This document shows positions 9,602 through 18,080 of a DNA stretch of 32,866 nt, one piece after another. Positions within the stretch are counted from its first letter, which is position 1; every line of letters begins with the position of its first letter. The position numbers and the translations under genes were made by a program. The notes below the pieces were generated by a model. It had not been told where the DNA came from. It saw only the letters and a list, made by a program, of their open reading frames with translations, and did not search any database. Source of the stretch: Candidatus Hodarchaeota archaeon (GTDB lineage Archaea; Asgardarchaeota; Heimdallarchaeia; Hodarchaeales; Hodarchaeaceae); the NCBI GenBank assembly GCA_016839815.1, contig JAEOTM010000150.1, positions 1 through 32,866 of the forward strand, written 5' to 3'.

Positions 9602-11497
9602 ATGCAACTTTTACTCGTTCACTCGCATGGTTTTGATTGGAAAGTAACTGATAAGGCAATTAATGAACCTGAATCTTCCAAGACGGCAAAGATGGAATAT
9701 TCAACCACAGATTCGACATTAATTGTTTTTATATCCGTTGAAACAAGCGATATCCCTGATATTTCGAATGTCATAACAAATACTTGCACTGAAATTGTCT
9801 CCGCCCTTAAAGATATTGGTGAGCGCAATTTGATTTTGTACCCTTGGGTTCATTTAGCTAAAACTAAACCAGCAAAACCTGATGCCGCCTTATCAACATT
9901 AAAAGAGATTGAATCTACTTTACGTTCTAATAATACTGACCTAAATATTTTAAGGGCACCCTTCGGCTATTATAAAAGTTTTAATTTAAATTGCAAAGGA
10001 CATGCTCTGGCAGAAAGATCTAAAGAAATATTAGGTCAATCAGAGGAGAAACCTGCAGAAACTTCTGCAGAAGTAACTAAAGCTCTCACCGCGGAGCAGG
10101 CCGTTCGTTCAACATTCTATATCCTTACTTTAGATGGAAAATTATTCCCTTTCAATAAATTCAACTATAAGGGAGAAAAAGAACTCGAATTATTTGTTAA
10201 ATATGAAACGGATAAGGATAGAACTGTTAGCACACCACCTTTGCATGTAACCGTGATGAAGAATCTAGAATTAGTAGATTACGAGGATGGTACTGATCCT
10301 GGCAACTTTCGAATACTTCCAAGAGGCTACATTATAAAAAGACTTATCGAAGATCATGTTAACAATATGGCCGCTCAATACGGAGCTATGATCGTTGAAA
10401 CACCAATTATGTACTCATATGATCACCAATCTCTGAAAAAATATGTTGAAAGATTTCCAGCAAGACAATACGTTGTAAAATCTGGTAATAAAAACTATTT
10501 TCTCCGATTTGCTGCTTGTTTTGGCCAATTTCTCACAATGTCGGATGCTATCATTAGTTATCGCCAGCTTCCATTGAAGATATTCGAAATGGCTAAATCT
10601 TTCAGGCGTGAACAGCGGGGTGAACTTGCAGGATTACGTAGACTTAGAGCCTTTACCATGCCTGACTTACATACTGCTACAATAGATATTAAAATGGCTA
10701 AAACAGAATTTGAAGAACAATTTCGGCTTGCATTAAAGTATATGAGTGATATTGATGTTAGCATTGAAACTGCATTTCGAATGACAACAGGTTTCTTTGA
10801 GGAAAATAAAGAATGGATTATATCTCTTATTAAATTACTAAAAAAACCTATTTTACTTGAATTATTTGAGACAAGGTATGCATACTTTATTTTAAAATTC
10901 GAGTTTAATGTAGTAGATACACAAAAGAAAGCTGCTGCACTTTCTACTGTTCAGATTGATGTTGAAAATTCTGAACGTTTTGATATTCAATATATAGATT
11001 CTGGTGGAAAGGAAGTTTACCCCTTATTGATGCATTGTTCACTTTCAGGATCAACGGAAAGAGTCATCTACGGAATCATCGAGGAGCAATTGAAACGTTC
11101 CCAAAAAGGATCAAAACCCCAATTCCCATTGTGGTTAGCTCCTGCTCAAGTAAGAATCCTACCTGTTTCTGAAGATTTCTTAGATTTCTCTGTAGAAATT
11201 GCTGACACACTCGAACAAAACAATATTAGAGTAGAGATCGATGACAGAGACCTATCGTTAGGGAAAAAAATCAGGGCTGCAGAGAAGTTGTGGACACCTA
11301 TCATCATTGTAGTTGGCGAGAAAGAAGTAAATGAAGGAAAAGTTAGTGTGAGATATCGGTACAATAATTCGCAGGAATTTCAAGAATTAAATGAAGTAAT
11401 AACCCTTATACATTCTCAAATAGAAGATAAACCTACTTACTTCCGAGTTTTCCCGAAGCTGGTTTCTCATCAACCAATATTTACCCGAGTAGTCTAG
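9602..11497 (+). CDS. thrS: Threonyl-tRNA synthetase, archaeal type with N-terminal editing domain
   Basis: MQLLLVHS, YPWVHL, RAPFGYYK.F...CKGH.LAE.S, LRFAAC, FRREQRGEL.GL.RLRAFTMPD.H, AP.QVR anticodon domain. ATG at 9602 preferred over GTG at 9593. Confidence 0.98.
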   Translation: MQLLLVHSHGFDWKVTDKAINEPESSKTAKMEYSTTDSTLIVFISVETSDIPDISNVITNTCTEIVSALKDIGERNLILYPWVHLAKTKPAKPDAALSTLKEIESTLRSNNTDLNILRAPFGYYKSFNLNCKGHALAERSKEILGQSEEKPAETSAEVTKALTAEQAVRSTFYILTLDGKLFPFNKFNYKGEKELELFVKYETDKDRTVSTPPLHVTVMKNLELVDYEDGTDPGNFRILPRGYIIKRLIEDHVNNMAAQYGAMIVETPIMYSYDHQSLKKYVERFPARQYVVKSGNKNYFLRFAACFGQFLTMSDAIISYRQLPLKIFEMAKSFRREQRGELAGLRRLRAFTMPDLHTATIDIKMAKTEFEEQFRLALKYMSDIDVSIETAFRMTTGFFEENKEWIISLIKLLKKPILLELFETRYAYFILKFEFNVVDTQKKAAALSTVQIDVENSERFDIQYIDSGGKEVYPLLMHCSLSGSTERVIYGIIEEQLKRSQKGSKPQFPLWLAPAQVRILPVSEDFLDFSVEIADTLEQNNIRVEIDDRDLSLGKKIRAAEKLWTPIIIVVGEKEVNEGKVSVRYRYNNSQEFQELNEVITLIHSQIEDKPTYFRVFPKLVSHQPIFTRVV

Positions 11498-11692
11498 CAG
11501 GGATACTTTGGAGTTAATTCGAATACACCCGATAAAATAGGTTTATTAATAATGCATAGAATTCTTAAAACAACGGCTATAAGAAAACTGATTATCTGTA
11601 TGAAACCCTCTATGGTGAAGAATTGTAAGATTCCAGTAAATTTTCTTTTTAGCACTCTTAGCATCTGATTCAATTAATGATTGGTTTAGAAG

Positions 11693-12241
11693 ATGCCAAC
11701 AAAATTATTCGGTCGGGAAATAGAAAATCAAATTGCATTTGTCGGTCTTGCTAATGCAGGGAAAACAACATTAGTAAAACGACTGAAGGGACATGAAGAT
11801 TTAGAAACAGTCCCAACTATGGGTATGAATATTGAAACATTAAAAATTGGGGATTTTGAGGTTATGGCTGTTGATCTAGGGGGACAACCCACGTACCCTA
11901 CTAGTCTTTGGGAGCCTTTTGTTTCAGAAGCTTCAGGAGTGGTTTTTGTATTCGATTCAGCTGACAGAGATAAAGTTGAAACAGCTGCCCTATGGCTTAA
12001 AAATGTAATAAAATGGGCACCAGAGGATTCTGCATTCCTATTTTTAGCAAATAAACAAGATCTTGATATCGCAATGTCTTTGGATAATATTGTTAGAACA
12101 CTTGAATTAGAAACTGAAATGGCAGAACGACCGCGAACTTTTGGGGTTTATCCATGCTCAGCTCTCACTGGAGAAGGAGTAGATGAACCTTGGCAATGGA
12201 TGAGCGAGAGATTTCAAATTAAATTAACTAAGAAGGAATAG
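11693..12241 (+). CDS. Arf-family small GTPase (paralog 1)
   Basis: GLANAGKTT, PTMGMNIE, DLGGQ...LW, VFDSAD, NKQD, CSALTGEG. Confidence 0.92.
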   Translation: MPTKLFGREIENQIAFVGLANAGKTTLVKRLKGHEDLETVPTMGMNIETLKIGDFEVMAVDLGGQPTYPTSLWEPFVSEASGVVFVFDSADRDKVETAALWLKNVIKWAPEDSAFLFLANKQDLDIAMSLDNIVRTLELETEMAERPRTFGVYPCSALTGEGVDEPWQWMSERFQIKLTKKE

Positions 12242-12254
12242 AGAGGTATCATCA

Positions 12255-12818
12255 ATGAGTTTCCTAACCAAATTACGTTCAAAGTTCGCTAGAGAACGCT
12301 TGACCGTGAAAATCGCTTGGCTCGGGCTTGATCATGCAGGGAAAACCACGATTGTAAAAAGAATTACTTCTGGGGAATTTGATGATAGTACATTCCGTAC
12401 ACTTGGTATGAATGTGGATGAGTTCAGTTCAGGTAATGTTCGGTTTATATCATGGGATATTGGCGGTCAAGAAGCATTCCGTGAATCCCTATGGGAGAGT
12501 TATATGGCAGGTTCAATGGGAATTGTGTATGTTATCGATTCAAATGATAGACAACGTTTTGATGAAGCCCAAGCAGAATTATGGAAGTATGTTTTGGACA
12601 ATGATAAAGTAGAGAACATTCCAATACTTGTTCTTGCTAATAAACAAGATCTCGAGAACGCTGCATCTGCTGGAGAAGTCGCTCGATCCCTTAATCTTCA
12701 CAAAGTGACAACTCATTCATACGCTATTGTTCCTACCTCTGCAAAAACTGGTTTTAATGTTGAAGAAGGATTAGAATGGCTTCGACAACGAGTCACAGAG
12801 AAAATTGAGACCCTGTAG
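12255..12818 (+). CDS. Arf-family small GTPase (paralog 2) with amphipathic N-terminal helix
   Basis: MSFLTKLRSKF, GLDHAGKTT, TLGMNV, WDIGGQEAFR..LW..Y, VIDSND, PILVLANKQD, SAKTG; GAGGT SD. Confidence 0.95.
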   Translation: MSFLTKLRSKFARERLTVKIAWLGLDHAGKTTIVKRITSGEFDDSTFRTLGMNVDEFSSGNVRFISWDIGGQEAFRESLWESYMAGSMGIVYVIDSNDRQRFDEAQAELWKYVLDNDKVENIPILVLANKQDLENAASAGEVARSLNLHKVTTHSYAIVPTSAKTGFNVEEGLEWLRQRVTEKIETL

Positions 12819-12834
12819 AGACTCTATAGAATTC

Positions 12835-13617
12835 TCATCTCTTCATTACTTTTTTATCTGCTACTTGATTCACTCGCTCAGTTAATGTAAGAAATAACTT
12901 GTGCAACTTCACTAAGTCCAACTCCTTATTGATTCGACAATAAAGGCGAATTGAAGGATCTTCTGAGGAATCAACAGACAATCGAACTAATGATTCCCGA
13001 ATCGAGTATATTTGCTTTAAGAGAGGTTTATCTATTAGGAAAAAACTTCCCATCTTCACCGAAGTAGCTCGAATAAGAAAGAACTGGTCCAGTAATTCAG
13101 AATTGAGTTTTATGTCTTTTAATTGAAAAAGTAAGTCTTGATGTTTTTTAATTTGACCCTCCTCATGATTTGGTATAATCTGAATTTTTGCAGGTAATTT
13201 TCCTTTCTTGGCATTTCCCTCAATTGCAATATAGTCATTTACTCCTGAAAACCATGAAATAATCACAGACAACATCAGATGACGTTCTTCAAGAGCAAAT
13301 ACAACACGAAAATCTTTAAAAGGAATATTAGACGATTTCTTGTATTTTGGAAATAGTAAACCCCCATTAGAACTTAACTGATCAGTTACTAAATCATCAA
13401 ATTCATTTGAGAAAATTTCAAGAAGAGCATCCTTTGAAACATTTATAATTTTATGATTCTTCCTTCTACCAGCCCATAGAAGATAAAAAGTAAAGAATAA
13501 TACTAATCCTGGACCTAAAAAGATTATAACATAGTCCAGAAGGCCAGATGATTCACCTTGTAGGAAGAATTGTATAATGAAGATAAAATAATCCTTAAAT
13601 GGAGGATATATTGTCAT
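12835..13617 (-). CDS. Membrane-anchored protein resembling CCDC47 (DUF1682, PAT complex subunit)
   Basis: TM helix followed by GRRKN...F.NEF, then F.LEERH.ML.VI..W..G..D, KKHQDL and L.R.SV; colinear with CCDC47 as recalled. Confidence 0.6.
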   Translation of the reverse strand: MTIYPPFKDYFIFIIQFFLQGESSGLLDYVIIFLGPGLVLFFTFYLLWAGRRKNHKIINVSKDALLEIFSNEFDDLVTDQLSSNGGLLFPKYKKSSNIPFKDFRVVFALEERHLMLSVIISWFSGVNDYIAIEGNAKKGKLPAKIQIIPNHEEGQIKKHQDLLFQLKDIKLNSELLDQFFLIRATSVKMGSFFLIDKPLLKQIYSIRESLVRLSVDSSEDPSIRLYCRINKELDLVKLHKLFLTLTERVNQVADKKVMKR

Positions 13618-13700
13618 TTTAAACCTCTAAAAGTCCATCTACGTTGCGGTTTAATATTGTTTCCCACTTACCGATTACTAAAGTTCCAAATCCAGAATTA

Positions 13701-14279
13701 TTAATCACTTGCTACAACAAGATAGCTGGCTACTTCGTTATAGCGAAAAAGATTTTTACGAGAGTCCCCAATAACTTGAAAAACCCGATATTTGGCAATT
13801 CCATCCTTTCCTACATCCATTGGATCAACTACTAAAGCTACTGAAAGTGGTTGAACTAGTTGAAAGGAGAAAATATGGGTAGTTATGTCAGTTTGTGATA
13901 AAAAAAGTCCGAATCCAGGATGTGAATGCCACCAACCAACACAGAACTCCGAATTTGTTAATTGATCAAATACCTGAAAATCTTTATCTGAAAAGGATAC
14001 TGAATATTCTTCCCCTTCTGTTACATAAAGCCCTTTATTAATAAGCAATTCTTTTGGTCGGAATTCTTTCCCACTTAACAATCCTATTGCTTCTTTTGGC
14101 ATTGCATCAATAGAAAATTTAGTTATTGCCTTAATAGCTTGATCAGATATCATGACAGACTTTGTCTCTAATTCAAGTATGATGTCTTCATTCTTAACGG
14201 AGGTATCCTTTTCCACTTTTGATGACTTCTTCAGGTTTTCCACGACATCTTTCCTTTTGTGAGGATGATTATCAGTCAT
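13701..14279 (-). CDS. JAMM/MPN+ metallo-isopeptidase (Rpn11/CSN5-like)
   Basis: EAIGLL (catalytic Glu), VGWWHSHPGFGLFLSQTD (HxH-x7-S-x2-D), VALVVDP. Confidence 0.95.
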   Translation of the reverse strand: MTDNHPHKRKDVVENLKKSSKVEKDTSVKNEDIILELETKSVMISDQAIKAITKFSIDAMPKEAIGLLSGKEFRPKELLINKGLYVTEGEEYSVSFSDKDFQVFDQLTNSEFCVGWWHSHPGFGLFLSQTDITTHIFSFQLVQPLSVALVVDPMDVGKDGIAKYRVFQVIGDSRKNLFRYNEVASYLVVASD

Positions 14280-14353
14280 TTAGAATTGATTCCTTACTTA
14301 CTCAAAGTCGCATATCTTCCAAATAGAATCCGTTTTGGTTTTTACGCTAAAGA

Positions 14354-14905
14354 TTACTTTGGACTGAATTTTTGGGTCCATTCTACTGCTTTCTCCCAAA
14401 AACTATCAAAATCTGATTGCATTGACTTTCCAGCCTCTGGATTGAATGGATCACCAGGATCAACTAGATATTCAGGAAAATCGGAATCCCCGGAACTTTG
14501 ATATACATCTAGCATCATTTCGATATGTTCGAAGACACTAGGTAACGTAATCGTTTTTTTCCAACCACCTGGTTCTCCGATATTATTCCAATTGATTAAA
14601 CTGAGGCATACATTGGAACCCCATTTCCAACGGGTTTCACCAACAGCAATATTGGGATGCCAAATAGGTGTAATGAAATTTACAATTGGAGGTTTAAACG
14701 GATATTCCGGTGGTAAATCGATAGTAATTTTCCACTCCCCATTTTCATAAGGAGTTCCTTTTTTCCCTTTTATAGTAGCAGAATAGCGATGAAGATCATT
14801 ATCCACAATCACCCACTTTATGTTTGCACTTTTAGGGGGATATACCTTCAACATTCGTTTAAATTCTTCCCTTAATCGTCTGGAATGTAGATCAGACATA
14901 AGCAT
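14354..14905 (-). CDS. Ubiquitin-conjugating enzyme E2
   Basis: RRLREEF, GTPYENG, PPEYPFKPP.V.F.TPIWHPNI, catalytic VCLS, DPFNPEA. The start may be ATG 14899 given SD spacing. Confidence 0.96.
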   Translation of the reverse strand: MLMSDLHSRRLREEFKRMLKVYPPKSANIKWVIVDNDLHRYSATIKGKKGTPYENGEWKITIDLPPEYPFKPPIVNFITPIWHPNIAVGETRWKWGSNVCLSLINWNNIGEPGGWKKTITLPSVFEHIEMMLDVYQSSGDSDFPEYLVDPGDPFNPEAGKSMQSDFDSFWEKAVEWTQKFSPK

Positions 14906-15219
14906 TCGCTCCTAGTTCATTGATCAGGTGTTATCCATTTACCTTTAAACTTACTCTATCATTTTTATTTAAAGCTGTGGATTGTCTGGTTAGAAAGAAA
15001 GCCATTATGAGCTAGTTTTTTAAGGTCAGTTCTCAGAATGAACCTGCAGTAATTCAATATTCTGGAAGAAAATAACGAAATTTCTGACCACAGAATGCTA
15101 TCCGAAGCTTAGATCAAAACTTTATGTATAAAAATAAACAATCTTAGTGGGTTAATTTAGTATGAAATTCTCGTGAAGTAATTCTTCACAGAAATTGAAG
15201 ATGAAAATGAGGTGGAAAT

Positions 15220-16008
15220 ATGACTACTCTCGAGACAGATGTTGCTCAGTGTAATGGATGTGGCGCTCCTTTATCAGGAAAACCTACCTCTCTTCGTCCA
15301 ATTCATTGTGAATATTGTGACCTAACGAATTATCTCAAAAAATCGCAGAGTATCGCCCCTGATGAAAGTTCAGTTGATGAAGAAGTCGAATCTGAACATT
15401 ACTACCTTTTATATCAAGAAAGTCAAAAAATTCTTGAAAATTTTCCCGGGGAACTGGTAGGGGAAGAAGTAAGTAAAATTCGTATTAAAATGCAAGTCGG
15501 ACAGTATGCGTTTCCATTGTTGATAGTGCTTGATGATTTGCCGGGAAAACCTTTCATAGATGGACCGAATATTCTTCGAGAAGTTATAGAATGTGAAATC
15601 AATGACTTGAATACGATGAAGAATTGGCAACCAGGTGCTAGCTCTGTGCTCGATATATTGGAGGAAATCTATCAGATCACAGAAAGTAAAATTCCTCAAA
15701 AACTTGAATCTGAACCTCCAATGGTAGAGGTAAAAGACACTATTAAAGAAAAAGACCCTCTCATACGTCAGATTTTAGAGAGTTATGATGCAACACCAGC
15801 AAAAAAGGAGATTAAAATTAACTTTTATGCCCAAACAGGTGAAGTTATCCCATTTGTTATTAAAAGAAAGAAAAACTACCCGATCGGTCTTGAAAGCGAA
15901 GTTCTTTCTAGATATCCGTTAATTCGGGGACCTTTAGAGGATTATGCGAAAGGTCGTATTGATCTTATTACTGTATTGGCCGAAATCGAACGGTTATTTT
16001 ATGTGTAG
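15220..16008 (+). CDS. Zn-ribbon protein with putative degenerate UBC/UEV/RWD-like domains
   Basis: CNGCGAPL...CEYC; LNTMKNWQPGASSVLDILEEI resembles the end of a UBC-fold domain; a similar helix recurs at the C-terminus; GAGGTG SD. Confidence 0.55.
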   Translation: MTTLETDVAQCNGCGAPLSGKPTSLRPIHCEYCDLTNYLKKSQSIAPDESSVDEEVESEHYYLLYQESQKILENFPGELVGEEVSKIRIKMQVGQYAFPLLIVLDDLPGKPFIDGPNILREVIECEINDLNTMKNWQPGASSVLDILEEIYQITESKIPQKLESEPPMVEVKDTIKEKDPLIRQILESYDATPAKKEIKINFYAQTGEVIPFVIKRKKNYPIGLESEVLSRYPLIRGPLEDYAKGRIDLITVLAEIERLFYV

Positions 16009-16028
16009 AGACAATCAGAGGTATAGAA

Positions 16029-16358
16029 ATGAGTAATCGAAAAAAAGATGTAGTTTGGGATTCAAATGTGAGTTCCCAAGGATCATCGCCCGATGCTATT
16101 GAACGTATGATAAAAGTCCGTTTTAAGGATCCACAACTTCCTCCTGATCAAAATATTCGTGAAAAGTACATAAATATTAATGGTACTGTTTTTCAAGCAA
16201 TTACAGCTGCACGTGATGCATTTAATATTCCAGAAGTTGTACCAATTGCCCTATTATTTAAGGGTAGAAGGATGAATCCATCAAACAATCTCGTATCTTA
16301 CAATATTGAAGAAAACGCCCTCCTAATGATAGTACCAGATCAGATAAAAGGAGGATAA
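16029..16358 (+). CDS. Ubiquitin-like modifier with free C-terminal Gly-Gly
   Basis: LLFKGRRM...L.SYNI....L.IV beta-grasp pattern, ends IKGG-stop, immediately upstream of E1; GAGGT SD. Confidence 0.92.
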   Translation: MSNRKKDVVWDSNVSSQGSSPDAIERMIKVRFKDPQLPPDQNIREKYININGTVFQAITAARDAFNIPEVVPIALLFKGRRMNPSNNLVSYNIEENALLMIVPDQIKGG

Positions 16359-16392
16359 AATTTCCATTTTCCTTCCCTCAAGGGAAATCTCA

Positions 16393-17631
16393 ATGACCTC
16401 AATTCCTTCAGCTTCAAGATTTGATCGTCAAGAAAGACTTTCAATATGGAATCAGAATATCATTGAAGGTAGCTGTGTATTGATAATCGGAATAGGGGGA
16501 ACTGGAGGAGAAGTTGCTAAAAATTTAGCTTTACTTGGAATTGGTAAACTGATTTTAGTTGATATGGATTCTATCGAATATTCAAACTTGAACCGTCAAC
16601 TATTATTTTCACATAAGGACATTGGAAAAAACAAAGCTAAGACCGCTATGAACGTTATTAAAAAACGATACAATTCTTCTATTGAGATTGAAGCATTTTC
16701 AGAACCCATCCAATTACTACCTTTCAGAATTTTTGAGGAGGCCGATATTATTGCTGGTTGTGTTGATAACTTTTTGGCACGTCAATTCATTAACGAGAAT
16801 GCAATTGAATTGTCACTACCATTTATAGATTCAGCGACCGATGGGTTTTTTGGACAAGTACAAAGCATCGATTCAAATTCTAATGCCTGCTTAGCTTGTG
16901 ATTCTCCTCCCCCTCCAGAAGAAACGCGTCTTCCTACTGCTCCATGTACACTCGTTGGTACTCCAAGAATGCGAGAACATTGTGCATGGAAAGCTCTATA
17001 TGAATTCCATACTCTTAATAATCGCGAACCTGATGAAAATTCATCTGAAGATGCTCTTACACTTACACATTTAGCAAATAAAATAGCTAGGAAATACCAA
17101 TTCCCTCTTTTCGAAAACAAAGAGGTGATTCAAATTGTTTCATACCATGTACCTAGCCTAATAACAGTAAATGCAGTGACAAGTGGAATTCAATCACAAG
17201 AAATAATCAAAACTTTATTTCTTAAGAAAATAAAGCTCTTCGGAAAAAAAGAAGTAAAACGATTTAAATCACTAATCCAAACACACAGATTTAATATCCC
17301 TGACTTAACAATTTATTCAGCTCTAACTGGTAATATCAGTTCATATGACCTACTAAGAGATCCAGAATGTTCTGTGTGTGGTAGTTCTTCGATTTATCGT
17401 AAAGCACTGCATACAGTCAATGTTAATCCAAAATCAAAATGTAAAATTATCTTTACAGTATTAAAACGTAAATATAAGAAAGACTTTGTTGGATTCAAAG
17501 GGAATTCTTTAATTCAAAATGATGCATTAGTAGAAGATATTTTAGAAGATGGGGATAGAATTACTGTCAGCTCTCTCAATGATGATGAGGAGAGAAGAAT
17601 CAGAATCAAATACAAAACAAAACGGGGCTAA
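16393..17631 (+). CDS. Ubiquitin-like activating enzyme E1 (UBA3/UBA2-like catalytic Cys region)
   Basis: RFDRQ, GIGGTG, DMDSIEYSNLNRQLLF...IGK.KA, CVDN..AR, CLAC and CSVC Zn site, PCTLVGTPRMREHC. Confidence 0.95.
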   Translation: MTSIPSASRFDRQERLSIWNQNIIEGSCVLIIGIGGTGGEVAKNLALLGIGKLILVDMDSIEYSNLNRQLLFSHKDIGKNKAKTAMNVIKKRYNSSIEIEAFSEPIQLLPFRIFEEADIIAGCVDNFLARQFINENAIELSLPFIDSATDGFFGQVQSIDSNSNACLACDSPPPPEETRLPTAPCTLVGTPRMREHCAWKALYEFHTLNNREPDENSSEDALTLTHLANKIARKYQFPLFENKEVIQIVSYHVPSLITVNAVTSGIQSQEIIKTLFLKKIKLFGKKEVKRFKSLIQTHRFNIPDLTIYSALTGNISSYDLLRDPECSVCGSSSIYRKALHTVNVNPKSKCKIIFTVLKRKYKKDFVGFKGNSLIQNDALVEDILEDGDRITVSSLNDDEERRIRIKYKTKRG

Positions 17632-17963
17632 TCTCTATTATTTAGAGGAGAGAAGATTCTGAGTTTTTTTCGATTTTTTGGTTTTATTTGTTGAATATTT
17701 GGATTGAGATAGGGATCCTTTAATCCAAAATTGGATTTCTTCTCTTTGGTTAGTTCGCTATAAATTTGGCTAGAAATTTGATCGCGTGACACTTGAGGGG
17801 ATTGGGATTTCTTATAACTAGTTCTTCGTGGCTGAGGAGCAGTTAAACGTAACGTTGTCCTCTTTCCGCATTTAGGGCAATACCAAGCGCCAGTGACTGG
17901 TTGTTCGTGTATTCGAGGGATATATCCGCAAAATTGGCATTTAAAATTAGTTTCATTCACCAA
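17628..17963 (-). CDS. Small Zn-ribbon protein with low-complexity basic tail
   Basis: CQFCG...CPKCG; 4-bp convergent overlap with the E1 stop. Confidence 0.7.
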   Translation of the reverse strand: MVNETNFKCQFCGYIPRIHEQPVTGAWYCPKCGKRTTLRLTAPQPRRTSYKKSQSPQVSRDQISSQIYSELTKEKKSNFGLKDPYLNPNIQQIKPKNRKKLRIFSPLNNRD

Positions 17964-18080
17964 GTAACATCACACAAACTATTTGTTCCGAATATAGCAA
18001 TTTCTTTCTCAATTTACATAACTTTAATATCAAATACAATTTTGTCTAATAATTTCTGGTCAAAAATGATTTAAAAAAGA

